From contig BPJL01000008.1 in the NCBI GenBank assembly GCA_026004595.1, forward strand, positions 13,383-77,382: DNA of 64,000 nucleotides, given 5' to 3'. This DNA is from Patescibacteria group bacterium. GTDB lineage: Bacteria > Patescibacteriota > WWE3 > UBA101185 > UBA10185. Shown here one piece after another: positions 51,188 through 60,356 of the stretch (its first letter is position 1; each line of letters starts with the position of its first letter). Position numbers and translations under genes: made by a program. The notes beneath the pieces were generated by a model. The model saw only the letters and a program-made list of their open reading frames with translations, had not been told where the DNA came from and made no database searches.

Positions 51188-51502
51188 TCACTTTTTACCA
51201 AAGGTAGTCAATAAATAATATCCAAGCCATGATAATACCACGGCAACAAGAGAGATAATTAAAGCCCAAAAGAAACACTTTGTTTTATCCACTATGTTTT
51301 TCCCTTCTTGGTCGGTTACAAACACACCATCTTCTGTTCTTCTTAACACGAACCACGGTTGAAAACTAAAGAGAAACACCCACACAGCAACAAATGTCAC
51401 CACAAGTAGAACAACACTGTAAACTAGATTTCTGTTACTGACAGTCTCGAGACTGCTCTGAGATACTCCTTTTGAGTTGATTTCTGATAACTTCGATGCC
51501 AT
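51188..51502 (-). CDS. Small two-transmembrane-helix membrane protein.
   Basis: A 104-aa protein with two long hydrophobic helices. Confidence 0.35.
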   Translation of the reverse strand: MASKLSEINSKGVSQSSLETVSNRNLVYSVVLLVVTFVAVWVFLFSFQPWFVLRRTEDGVFVTDQEGKNIVDKTKCFFWALIISLVAVVLSWLGYYLLTTFGKK

Positions 51503-51537
51503 TTTTAAAACCGTTTATATTTTTTTGAAAAAAAATT

Positions 51538-52686
51538 TTAAGATCTCATGATGCTTCTTACTTTGCTTTTCTCAACCGAGATAAACTTTTTGTTGATTGT
51601 CTTATGTACATCCTTGATAAAGCTGAGAAGTTGGAACATCTGTTCTATTGTTTCTCTCTTTTCACTGAACTCAGCTTCAAGCTCCTTATACCACTCAGTA
51701 AAGTACTTCCTTGGAAGGGAGAGAATTGACACCATTATCATTGGAGCGTTATTCCTAAGTCCCCATTTCTCGTCATTTTCTGTTTTTGGTACGTAAGCCG
51801 GTTCCTTCTTTCTATCATCATTTTCTTCAGCGAGTCTTTCGAAGACGCTTTTATTCCTGTTTAGAAGGTAGTTAGCCATTCTTTGGCGCAGGGTTTTATC
51901 TGAACCGAACTTTTGCTCAAGTAACTCTTCTTTATTCTCTGCCTCGTCCCATTCTGCCTCGAGCGTCTCTATCGCATCTGGCTTTTCACCGGAAACTATG
52001 TATTCCGTATCGGTTCCCTCCCCGAAATGTTCATACCAAACTTCATCAGGGTGGAAATAATCGTTATATTTATCACCACTTACAAACGTGATTATATGGT
52101 ACAGCTTGATAAAAAGTTTGTCGATAAAAGCATTCTTTTCAAGAAGGAAATTAATAACCATGTTTAGGTCTATAATTTTTTCGTCTAAATTAGAAATTTT
52201 TAGCTCTTCAGCAAGCTCTTCAAGTGATTTGTTAAGATTTTCCCTAACGTAATTCTTAAAATAATCAAGGCTTTCTTCTTTGGAACCATCAAGCCTTGAT
52301 AACTGATACAGATCCATAATATCAAGTTCGTCGATATGATTTTTCAACAGAAAGATCAGACCATTGCCTTTGTTGACTTCTCTTAGGAAGTTAACAAATC
52401 TGTCAGTGATAATGATAATGTTGATTTTAGAAGGAGGCTTTGTTATCCTTTCTTTTGGACCCAACCTTTTTATATTCTTTCTCAACTTATTCAACTCGTT
52501 AATGTAAAGTTTCTTTAGGTTGTTGAAGGTCGACTTGTTTACATCAATCAATGATTTTCCTGACACGACGGCTTCTATAAGCGTGAAAAGATTTATTGTG
52601 GATGCTTCCAGTTGATCAATATCTGCCATTGTTTCTTTGAGTATATCTAAAGACTTCTTTCTCTTATCTGTTACCGATAAAGTCAT
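51538..52686 (-). CDS. Hypothetical protein.
   Basis: A 382-aa ORF. Confidence 0.45.
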   Translation of the reverse strand: MTLSVTDKRKKSLDILKETMADIDQLEASTINLFTLIEAVVSGKSLIDVNKSTFNNLKKLYINELNKLRKNIKRLGPKERITKPPSKINIIIITDRFVNFLREVNKGNGLIFLLKNHIDELDIMDLYQLSRLDGSKEESLDYFKNYVRENLNKSLEELAEELKISNLDEKIIDLNMVINFLLEKNAFIDKLFIKLYHIITFVSGDKYNDYFHPDEVWYEHFGEGTDTEYIVSGEKPDAIETLEAEWDEAENKEELLEQKFGSDKTLRQRMANYLLNRNKSVFERLAEENDDRKKEPAYVPKTENDEKWGLRNNAPMIMVSILSLPRKYFTEWYKELEAEFSEKRETIEQMFQLLSFIKDVHKTINKKFISVEKSKVRSIMRS

Positions 52687-52722
52687 TTTTAAGTTGAATC
52701 TGATATTTAATGCATTTTCAGT

Positions 52723-53913
52723 TCAACTACTTTCGTCAGAGCTTGTCAAGATACCCCTTTTTATTTTTATCGGGGCAAAGCGGACTTCTCTAACCGGAGA
52801 CCTTTGACGAAGTATCTGATTTTTCATTCGCTCACGTCGTCTTTCCAGTTCACGTTCTATACGTTGATGTTCACGGAGCTTAAGCTCGAGTTGTTTGCGT
52901 AACTCCTCTTCACGCTGTTTGCGTTGTTTGCGTAACTCCTCATCGCGCCGTAGCTCGTCTAGCGGCTCACGCCGTAGCTCGCCTAGCGGCTCACGCCGTA
53001 GCTCGCCTAACGGCTCACTCTGTTTGCCTAGTTGCTCACGTGACTCACTTGGCGGCTCACGCTGTTTACGTAATTCCCGTCGCAGTTCACTTAACAGCTC
53101 GCTTCGATCAAGTTGCTCACGCGTCTCACGTCGCTCGCCTCGCGGCTCACGTCGCTCGCCCCGCGGCTCACGTCGCTCACGTGTCTCGCGTCGCTCGCCT
53201 TGCGGCTCACGTCGCTCACGTGTCTCGCGTCGCTCGCCTTGCGGCTCACGTCGCTCACGTGTCTCGCGTCGCTCGCCTTGCGGCTCACGTCGCTCGCCTC
53301 GCGGCTCACGTCGCTCGCCCCGCGGCTCACGTCGCTCACGTGTCTCGCGTCGCTCGCCTTGCGGCTCACGCTGTTTACGTAATTCCCGTCGCAGTTCACT
53401 TAACAGCTCGCTTCGATCAAGTTGCTCACGCGAATCACGAGGCTCACGCGAAATGGGTTTTAAACGTTGCTTAAATTGAATTGGTATGCGTGAAATAGAG
53501 CTCTCGCTTGAGTCAGAATGTATAGAGCTCTCGCTTGAGTCAGACAGTCCTAGCATTCTACGATGACGTTTTCTGCACTCGTCTTCATCACAGTTGATGC
53601 ATTCACACTCCTCACACTCACAGCTTTCACATTTACAGTCGTGACAGTTTTCACAATCACAGTTCTCTCTTTTTAAGTTGAAAACTGGTAGTTTAAGACT
53701 TACTTGGCTAGAGCTCTTGCTTGACTCGCTGTCAGAGTGTTCAAAAAGTCTTCTAGCGATAAAATCAGTCCCCCTATCGATATCAACTGTTCTTATTGGA
53801 CTGTGGGAACGTGGTGACTTTGGGAGGACGTGACCTGGTGTGATATCATCTTCCATTTCACTCCCTGACATGATACTTTTGTCGCTGATATAGCTATCCG
53901 ATTCCGATGTCAT
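52723..53913 (-). CDS. Protein with an N-terminal Ser-rich region, a CDCENCHDCKCESCECEECECINC cysteine cluster and a long Arg/Glu-rich (RREPRGE/RETRER) repeat tail.
   Basis: The tail at 52860-53460 is built from gctcacg / cgtgagc units. These are the same unit as the 31590 gene, on the opposite strand. Confidence 0.5.
   Translation of the reverse strand: MTSESDSYISDKSIMSGSEMEDDITPGHVLPKSPRSHSPIRTVDIDRGTDFIARRLFEHSDSESSKSSSQVSLKLPVFNLKRENCDCENCHDCKCESCECEECECINCDEDECRKRHRRMLGLSDSSESSIHSDSSESSISRIPIQFKQRLKPISREPRDSREQLDRSELLSELRRELRKQREPQGERRETRERREPRGERREPRGERREPQGERRETRERREPQGERRETRERREPQGERRETRERREPRGERREPRGERRETREQLDRSELLSELRRELRKQREPPSESREQLGKQSEPLGELRREPLGELRREPLDELRRDEELRKQRKQREEELRKQLELKLREHQRIERELERRRERMKNQILRQRSPVREVRFAPIKIKRGILTSSDESS
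52860..53460. repeat. Simple tandem repeat (cgtgagc-based, period ~15-24 nt) encoding the RE-rich tail. It is related to repeat 32330-33060.
   Basis: Repeated gctcacgtcgctcgcc units create overlapping ORFs in several frames (track ORFs 52895.., 53040.., 53091.., 53113..). Confidence 0.8.
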
Positions 53914-53950
53914 ACTTTTGTATACTTGATAAAAAAATTAAGATACATTT

Positions 53951-56512
53951 TTATTTAGAAAAACAAAAGTTCATCAGGGAATACAGAATAAGAGCATCAC
54001 CAAGAGCAGTATGTTGTTTTATGTGACCAGAAAACTCTATTGGTTCTATTAACAGTGAGTACAGGTCGGTTAGCTTCGCAAGGTCAAAATTCAACTTTCC
54101 TCTCAAATCAACATGTGGCATCTCAGGGAATATCTTTGTATCCATCTTGGAATTGTAATAATAAATCGTCTTGTTGTCGACTACTGGAATGTTTTTGTCA
54201 GCGTTTAATAGAATTTCCATCGCATTGTCTAGGCCGTTTGAACTTAACCATTCTACTGCAAACGGGAGCCCCTGATTACTTATCTTAAGCGGTTTTACTA
54301 TTGAACTGAACGGGTCTCTAAGTGGTATCAGCGCGATGTCAAAAATCTCTTTTGTAAAGGGGTTAAATTCACAGTCAATCACGTAGGCGTCTTCTACTTT
54401 GCCAATAATACCACTTTTGTTCTTATAGTAGTTCACCAGATCAACTTGATTTCTAATGGAAACAAATGACTCGACTATATAAATCCAGTGCGATGGGTGC
54501 TTGTTTCCCATTACGATTATAATTTCTCCTGTAGCGGGGCTGTAGATTGCTGCTTTCTTTCCTCTAAACACTGAGAAAAGAAAAATGTCTAACAGGTCCT
54601 CATCAGTTGGTCTGTTAATAAAGTTCAAAACCGCCTCTGTTAACTCAACGTGACAGTAACCGTAAAACAAGCTTCTTCTTTCAACTGGGTCTTCATCAAC
54701 TATGTAACCTAACATGTCAGTGATGAAAGAGACGTCACCGCAATCAAATGAGTTGAACTCTTTTTCTTGCTGGTCCACAAGCAAAGAAAACACAGAACAT
54801 GCTTTACACATGTTTATATTGTCTAAACCAACTTTTTCAAACTCTTTGATAACTTCTTCCGTTACACTTGGGTCTTCTAGCACCTGTTTATCGTTGAACA
54901 GCCCCCTTATCTCTTTTGATGTGTAACCGATTTTTTCATAGAAAAACCTTTTCGGAAGTCTACCAAGGTTTCTTGTCTTAAAAGTAAACTCTACCATAAG
55001 CGGATCACAGTTCATCTTTACACAGGGAATTTTTACTGTTTCCAAACTGTAGTCGTTTGTTGTCAGAAGTTTTTGAAAGTCATACAGGTGAGCTATGTCC
55101 CTCAGCGATATTATTACAGGTGAAAAGGTTTTCCCTATTTCAACTGGATCAAACTTGACACAGCATTCCTTTGCTCTGGTGTTAGCAACGTACTCAATGC
55201 TTAACGCCCTTTCCAATGGTATGTGAGGCATGATTCTGTCAAGACAGTATAGAACAACAAGGCTAAACTCCTTTCCCTTGACTGAGTGGACTGTTGAAAA
55301 AAGGACAGAGTTGGGCTTCTTTGCTCCGTCCTGTCTAGTGTAACAGGGTATTCCAGACAGCCTAAGTCTTTCCATCAGGAACCTTGAGCGCTTTGAAACT
55401 ACGTTGTCGCGGTGAAGTGACTGTGTTACCACACAGACCTCACTAGGTTCATAGCTTTTTATCAAGGGTATTAACTCGTCAACGTTGTTTACTCTTATGG
55501 GTTTAATGTAAAGTCCAGTGTAAGGTGATTTCAGGGGTGCATGAAACTCTGGTCTTTTACTTGAAAGTTCGTTGTGAATCTCAAGCAAGCACTGGTTTTT
55601 AAACCTGTATGAAACTGTCATCTGAAACTTTTCCAATTCTATTTTCAGCGGTACTATTTCGCTCACCTGTTCAAACTTTCCATTTTTGAACACAATTTTT
55701 CTTTTGTACATGTTTGTTTCATAACAAGGCGACTTCCAAAGTTCACAGTACCAATCACCTGCACTGAATATTTTCTGTTTTGGATCACCCATGATTAACA
55801 CTGATTCAACTGAAGGTATGATCATTTTGATCAGGTTACCCCTTATGTCATCTATGTCCTGTGCTTCGTCTACAATCAGGTGACAAAAGCTATACGGTAT
55901 AATCCCTCTACTTGAAGCGTTTTTTATTACGTCTTCAAAGGTGACTTTATCAGACTTTTTCTGATCAGTGATCTTCCATGCGAGTGAATCAAGCGTTGTT
56001 ATAACGATGTCCTTATTCACTTCTTTAAAGCCAACTTTACCCCTTAGACCGGGAAGTATTTTTATACGTTCGTAAATCTCTTTTACTGACTCGTTTGAAT
56101 ACGAAACAACAAGCACTCCTTTTTTAAGCCTTGCAGCCCTTTCGACTACTATAGTGGTCTTTCCTGTACCGGGACCAGAGTTTACTATTATTTTTCCCCT
56201 ATCAAAGTTGACTAGTCTCTCTTGTTCCTCGTTTAGTCTATTTAACCTTGGAATTTCATAGCCCTTTAGCTTATAGAAAGCCAGTATAGCCTTTTTACCG
56301 TCCTTTGTTCTAAAGTATTTTAGATCAAGCGGACAGTCAAATGATGTTTTAGCCTTAAGATAGTTCTTAAGTTCTCCAACCGTGAAATTAGAGAACTCTG
56401 AATCGTCTGTTTTTCTTATCTCTCTTTCCCATTCGTCAAAAAAGGTGCTTAAGCTACTCTGTGACTCACTGTTACCAAAATGTTTAGCGTATTCCTTATG
56501 TCTTGACTTCAT
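53951..56512 (-). CDS. UvrD/Rep-family SF1 DNA helicase fused to a C-terminal DEDDh (DnaQ-like) 3'-5' exonuclease domain.
   Basis: The helicase part has LNEEQERLVN...NSGPGTGKTT (motifs Q and I), HLIVDEAQDI (motif II, DExQD), GKEFSLVVL and YVANTRAKE (motifs V and VI). The exonuclease part has VIDCEFNP (Exo I), IYYYNSKMDTKIF (Exo II) and HTALGDALILY (Exo III, the H-x4-D of DEDDh). Confidence 0.65.
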   Translation of the reverse strand: MKSRHKEYAKHFGNSESQSSLSTFFDEWEREIRKTDDSEFSNFTVGELKNYLKAKTSFDCPLDLKYFRTKDGKKAILAFYKLKGYEIPRLNRLNEEQERLVNFDRGKIIVNSGPGTGKTTIVVERAARLKKGVLVVSYSNESVKEIYERIKILPGLRGKVGFKEVNKDIVITTLDSLAWKITDQKKSDKVTFEDVIKNASSRGIIPYSFCHLIVDEAQDIDDIRGNLIKMIIPSVESVLIMGDPKQKIFSAGDWYCELWKSPCYETNMYKRKIVFKNGKFEQVSEIVPLKIELEKFQMTVSYRFKNQCLLEIHNELSSKRPEFHAPLKSPYTGLYIKPIRVNNVDELIPLIKSYEPSEVCVVTQSLHRDNVVSKRSRFLMERLRLSGIPCYTRQDGAKKPNSVLFSTVHSVKGKEFSLVVLYCLDRIMPHIPLERALSIEYVANTRAKECCVKFDPVEIGKTFSPVIISLRDIAHLYDFQKLLTTNDYSLETVKIPCVKMNCDPLMVEFTFKTRNLGRLPKRFFYEKIGYTSKEIRGLFNDKQVLEDPSVTEEVIKEFEKVGLDNINMCKACSVFSLLVDQQEKEFNSFDCGDVSFITDMLGYIVDEDPVERRSLFYGYCHVELTEAVLNFINRPTDEDLLDIFLFSVFRGKKAAIYSPATGEIIIVMGNKHPSHWIYIVESFVSIRNQVDLVNYYKNKSGIIGKVEDAYVIDCEFNPFTKEIFDIALIPLRDPFSSIVKPLKISNQGLPFAVEWLSSNGLDNAMEILLNADKNIPVVDNKTIYYYNSKMDTKIFPEMPHVDLRGKLNFDLAKLTDLYSLLIEPIEFSGHIKQHTALGDALILYSLMNFCFSK

Positions 56513-56518
56513 TTTATA

Positions 56519-57490
56519 TTAAAGCAGTTTCTCTAAATTCAAGTTAATAAGGGCAAGGGGAATAAAATTTATTTCGTAACGCGATGCGTACTCTTCGTTA
56601 ATGTAACCTATTTCGTATAAATAGGGGGGCTTTAGTGTTAACGAACCGTCTAGGTATAAAGCAAGCGGTGTATCATTCGAAAAAAGCTTCCACCTCTGTT
56701 CAAGAGTGTCATTTCTATTGGGAAGGCCCATAACATAGTTATCTAAGTCTTTTATTTCTTTATCTATGAAAAAGGTAGCCGGGGCAATGATATATTTCTC
56801 TTTTACCGGTATACTTCCCATGGAAATCCAGTGACCCTTTGTATCAGAGGTTACAAGGTTTCCATTGGAGACCGTGATGTACTTGGACGTTCTTCTATCG
56901 ACTAACAAAAACAGTTGCTCTTTACTCACTTTTCTAAAGAGTTGATTTGGATCTCTTATATCACATGGTATCATTTTCCAGGAATCTGTTGACAAGCATA
57001 GCTTGTTAGCAGAAATTATTCCTAAAACACCTTCACACCTTGGTATTTTTGTACAGACTGTGTAGTACTCTTCTTTTGTTAGCTCATCAACCAGTTTTCC
57101 ATCAATGGTGACACATTTTCCCGTTGTTCTAATACGTTCTATCGTATCACCTCTGCAAAAATGTTCTACTTTCCTGAGAGCTATCTCATCATCATCCACA
57201 CATGATTTTGAATCGACTTTGGTTAGACTGTTAATGTCTCTTATTAGGGGAAAGCTTGGAGAAAGCCTTTCGTTCTGATTTGACATATAAACGGTGCACG
57301 GCTCCAGCTCTCTAAAGGATTCATCTGACCAGATGACTTTGCCGTCTTTATCACGCTTTATGTTTCCATTTTCATCGTATTCGGGCAAGCCCCAAGGAGA
57401 GTTTATCACTGGTATTTCAGGTTTCTTTGAGGGTTTAAATATAACAAATAGTATCACGACTGATATGATAATAATAAGAGCCAATATCAT
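56519..57490 (-). CDS. Type-II membrane protein, function unknown.
   Basis: It has an N-terminal signal anchor, ILALIIIISVVILFVIF. Confidence 0.4.
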   Translation of the reverse strand: MILALIIIISVVILFVIFKPSKKPEIPVINSPWGLPEYDENGNIKRDKDGKVIWSDESFRELEPCTVYMSNQNERLSPSFPLIRDINSLTKVDSKSCVDDDEIALRKVEHFCRGDTIERIRTTGKCVTIDGKLVDELTKEEYYTVCTKIPRCEGVLGIISANKLCLSTDSWKMIPCDIRDPNQLFRKVSKEQLFLLVDRRTSKYITVSNGNLVTSDTKGHWISMGSIPVKEKYIIAPATFFIDKEIKDLDNYVMGLPNRNDTLEQRWKLFSNDTPLALYLDGSLTLKPPYLYEIGYINEEYASRYEINFIPLALINLNLEKLL

Positions 57491-57492
57491 TT

Positions 57493-57954
57493 TTATGTAG
57501 CTTCGATTAAGTCTTCGTCGTCAATTAAAATGGGTGTTTCCGTTTCAGTCTGGGTTTCTATATCAGTCGTGCTTGAAACATAGTGATCGGATTCAACTTC
57601 TAAGGGTCCAACTATCGATTCAATGAAGACTTTATAGGAAAATATCTTTTCCAGCTTTTCTATGTCACCCAGTTTACCCTTGGGTCTAAGGAATGCTAAG
57701 ACTTTTTTCACCTTGCTCACTTTAGGGTCCAGCACATCAACATCACCAAGGTAGATAGCAGAAGCTATTAAAGCAGCGTTCATATGAAGAGACCTTTTGT
57801 CGTTTAGTATTTTCTCGACGTAGAGTTTATGCTTTCCAGCACCCAACTCTTTAAGATAAAGGTTTATTTTCTCCTCTTGCTCGTTTCTTAAATTCTGTTC
57901 GTAGTTTTTCTCTGTTTTGCCTGCTGATGCTTTTGGAAATACTGAAGACAACAT
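57493..57954 (-). CDS. Hypothetical protein.
   Basis: A 153-aa ATG ORF. Confidence 0.4.
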   Translation of the reverse strand: MLSSVFPKASAGKTEKNYEQNLRNEQEEKINLYLKELGAGKHKLYVEKILNDKRSLHMNAALIASAIYLGDVDVLDPKVSKVKKVLAFLRPKGKLGDIEKLEKIFSYKVFIESIVGPLEVESDHYVSSTTDIETQTETETPILIDDEDLIEAT

Positions 57955-57971
57955 TTTTTATTGAAGTTAAA
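57955..57971. promoter_or_regulatory. A 17-bp divergent intergenic region between two ATG codons.
   Basis: The sequence tttttattgaagttaaa is the only non-coding DNA between the divergent 57493..57954 and 57972..58436 genes. Confidence 0.35.
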
Positions 57972-58436
57972 ATGACAAAAGTGATAAGATGTGCACACCC
58001 TTATTGCATTTTACAAGCAACCAACGGGAAATACTGTGATCAACATGCTCCTTCTATCTGCTCAGTCTGTTACACCGAGGTTGATAGAGAGAGCATGCTT
58101 GATTGTAAACATTACCTTTGTGAACTCTGTAAAAGAGAGTTAAGAAGACCAAACTGTCCAGTCTGTAAAAAAGAACTAAAGCTTGATGACTACACCCTTG
58201 CCGTTATTTTATCAAGGCAGTTTGAGGATGAAAGAAACGCTGAAGAAAGAGACAGACTAATTCAGATTTTATCAACCCTTAGGCCACAAGACAACATAGA
58301 AAACTACTACGGCCTTGATAATGAACAGTTAAGGGAACTGGCGGAAAGTGGCATCTTTGGAGTGCCAACCTACGAAGTAAACCCAGTAGAGCTCACCTTA
58401 CCCGTTCCACACTTTTCTCTTCCCACGAAAAAATAA
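57972..58436 (+). CDS. RING-finger (C3HC4) protein with an additional N-terminal zinc-binding module.
   Basis: CSVCYTEV...CKHYLCELC...CPVCK. I moved the start to the ATG at 57972 (GTTAAAATG). The track start lies inside the divergent gene. Confidence 0.55.
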   Translation: MTKVIRCAHPYCILQATNGKYCDQHAPSICSVCYTEVDRESMLDCKHYLCELCKRELRRPNCPVCKKELKLDDYTLAVILSRQFEDERNAEERDRLIQILSTLRPQDNIENYYGLDNEQLRELAESGIFGVPTYEVNPVELTLPVPHFSLPTKK

Positions 58437-58453
58437 AAAAGAATATCAAAAAA

Positions 58454-58744
58454 ATGGTGTATAGCATTTTATTAATAGTCTACTTGTTAACACTGATCTA
58501 TCTTCTTGAAAATGGTGTTTCCGTTTTAAAGCTTTTCTTCTCTTTTGTTGCCGGTTTAACACTGATTCTTTTTGATGTGCTAACTGGTTTAAGGGTTGGC
58601 GTCTTCTTTTTAGTACCAATTATACTTTTACACCTGTATTACAGTTTTAAGATACACAGTATCAAGATAAGGTTAAACGCTAAGTTAAACACGAACCACA
58701 CGGCGAATCGCGTGGCGAACAGCAAGATTATTTATGATGATTGA
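58454..58744 (+). CDS. Small membrane protein.
   Basis: A 96-aa protein with three hydrophobic helices. Confidence 0.3.
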   Translation: MVYSILLIVYLLTLIYLLENGVSVLKLFFSFVAGLTLILFDVLTGLRVGVFFLVPIILLHLYYSFKIHSIKIRLNAKLNTNHTANRVANSKIIYDD

Positions 58745-59225
58745 ACCAAAGTTCCCTGTGTTTTTCTATATCGTAATCCAGACCACAAATATCGATATAT
58801 TTTATTGAAAGTCTAACACACCCGTGAAGAATTCTCCATACTTCATCATCACTGTCAAGTAGACTGTTAAACAGTGACCTAAACTCTTCAACCTGTCTTC
58901 TCAGTTCATCACGGCTGATTCTACCACAGAATACTGATATAATTTCCAGTTTATCATCAGTGATTTTATCGAATAACATGTCAACGATACTGTTTTCTTT
59001 TATAAAGTCAGTTGACTTTTCTCTGATATCATCCCAATAACCGTAAGTCGATCTTATAAACTTTTCCACAAGACCTTCCATCTTTCCCTCTTCCAACAGT
59101 ACTTTAATAAGCCTTATCAGTCTAACGTCGATGTTTATTTTTCTTTCTATAATTGTGTCTTCTAAAATGCTTAGAAGCGCTACAATATTGCATCTGAACC
59201 TGTAGTCTATGTTATGTGCTGTCAT
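58728..59225 (-). CDS. Hypothetical protein.
   Basis: A 165-aa ATG ORF. Confidence 0.4.
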   Translation of the reverse strand: MTAHNIDYRFRCNIVALLSILEDTIIERKINIDVRLIRLIKVLLEEGKMEGLVEKFIRSTYGYWDDIREKSTDFIKENSIVDMLFDKITDDKLEIISVFCGRISRDELRRQVEEFRSLFNSLLDSDDEVWRILHGCVRLSIKYIDICGLDYDIEKHRELWFNHHK

Positions 59226-59296
59226 TTTAGATAATAAAAAAAACGCTTATAATTCTTCAATAAACTGAAGAAGTCTAATACTTTCTCATATACCAA

Positions 59297-60346
59297 ATGG
59301 GTATTAAAGGCCTAAACGTTACACTAAAAAGATACTGTCCTAAAGCAATAGTTGAAATACCAATGATTGAACTTAAGGGAAAAAGGGTTGCCGTTGACGC
59401 GCTTCAGATGGTTTTTTGTCAAGCTTCTGTTGTTTACCGTCGAAACGTTCTAAGTATGAAAAATCACTTTGACGAAGTTGACAGGACGAAGCTTGTTGAA
59501 GACATTATCGCTCGTTTAATTGACTTTAACATCGAGCTGCTGATAAACGGAACAGTACCAGTCTGGTGTTGGGACGGAAAAGCCCCAAAAGAAAAAGAGA
59601 AAACGCGTGAACAGAGAAGAGAAATGAGAAAAAGAAACAATGAAAAGCTGATTAAACTTAAAACGGACCTTTTATCAAAATCATCACTGTCAAGTTCAAA
59701 CGATGATCTGGAACAGCTTAAACGAGCGGTTTTAAACAACTTTTCTCTAAGTTTCGATGAAATAAATAAGATAAGAACAGTGTTAGAGAAAACGGGAGTT
59801 CCCAATTTAACTGCCGAAGGAGAGGGTGAAAAGTTAGCATCGTTTCTCGCTAAAGAGGGACACGTTGACTACGTCTGGAGTTCTGACACAGACAGCCTTC
59901 TACTTGGAGCACCAAAGTTAATCATCGGGAGTTCAAACGGTGATAAACTAAAGGTGATCGTGCTTGAAACAATACTCACTTCTCTTTCAGAAGTAGTCGG
60001 GTGGGACTTTACACTGGAACACTTCATTGACCTTGGTATACTACACGGTACCGACTTTAACGATAACATCAAGGGAATAGGCCCAATAAAGTCACTTGAA
60101 CTGATAAAGGAACACAAAACAATAGACAACATGGCATGTAAGATTAATATAGAACTGCTTAATCACAAGTCGGTAAGAGAACTCTTCAAATACAGCCCAA
60201 CCAATATAGACGGTGATACACTTTTCATTGACTATGACGCAGTGGAGAACGTTGAGAACCACAAGCTAAAGTCAATATCAAAGCTGTTAAGAGAACAGGA
60301 TTTAAACGGCGTGATAAGAGAAACATACAAAGAACGTTTTTTTTAA
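59297..60346 (+). CDS. FEN1: Flap endonuclease FEN1 (XPG/RAD2 family).
   Basis: MGIKGL is the N-terminus. GKRVAVDALQMVF is the XPG-N motif. EGEGEKLASFLAKEGHVDYVWSSDTDSLLLGAP is the XPG-I motif. Confidence 0.9.
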   Translation: MGIKGLNVTLKRYCPKAIVEIPMIELKGKRVAVDALQMVFCQASVVYRRNVLSMKNHFDEVDRTKLVEDIIARLIDFNIELLINGTVPVWCWDGKAPKEKEKTREQRREMRKRNNEKLIKLKTDLLSKSSLSSSNDDLEQLKRAVLNNFSLSFDEINKIRTVLEKTGVPNLTAEGEGEKLASFLAKEGHVDYVWSSDTDSLLLGAPKLIIGSSNGDKLKVIVLETILTSLSEVVGWDFTLEHFIDLGILHGTDFNDNIKGIGPIKSLELIKEHKTIDNMACKINIELLNHKSVRELFKYSPTNIDGDTLFIDYDAVENVENHKLKSISKLLREQDLNGVIRETYKERFF

Positions 60347-60356
60347 AGCAAAATAA

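Noticed and set aside
52895-53479. Plus-strand ORFs with SRRSP/LASRLTS repeats across the second microsatellite.
   Set aside because: This is the same artefact, antisense to the RE-repeat gene 52723..53913.
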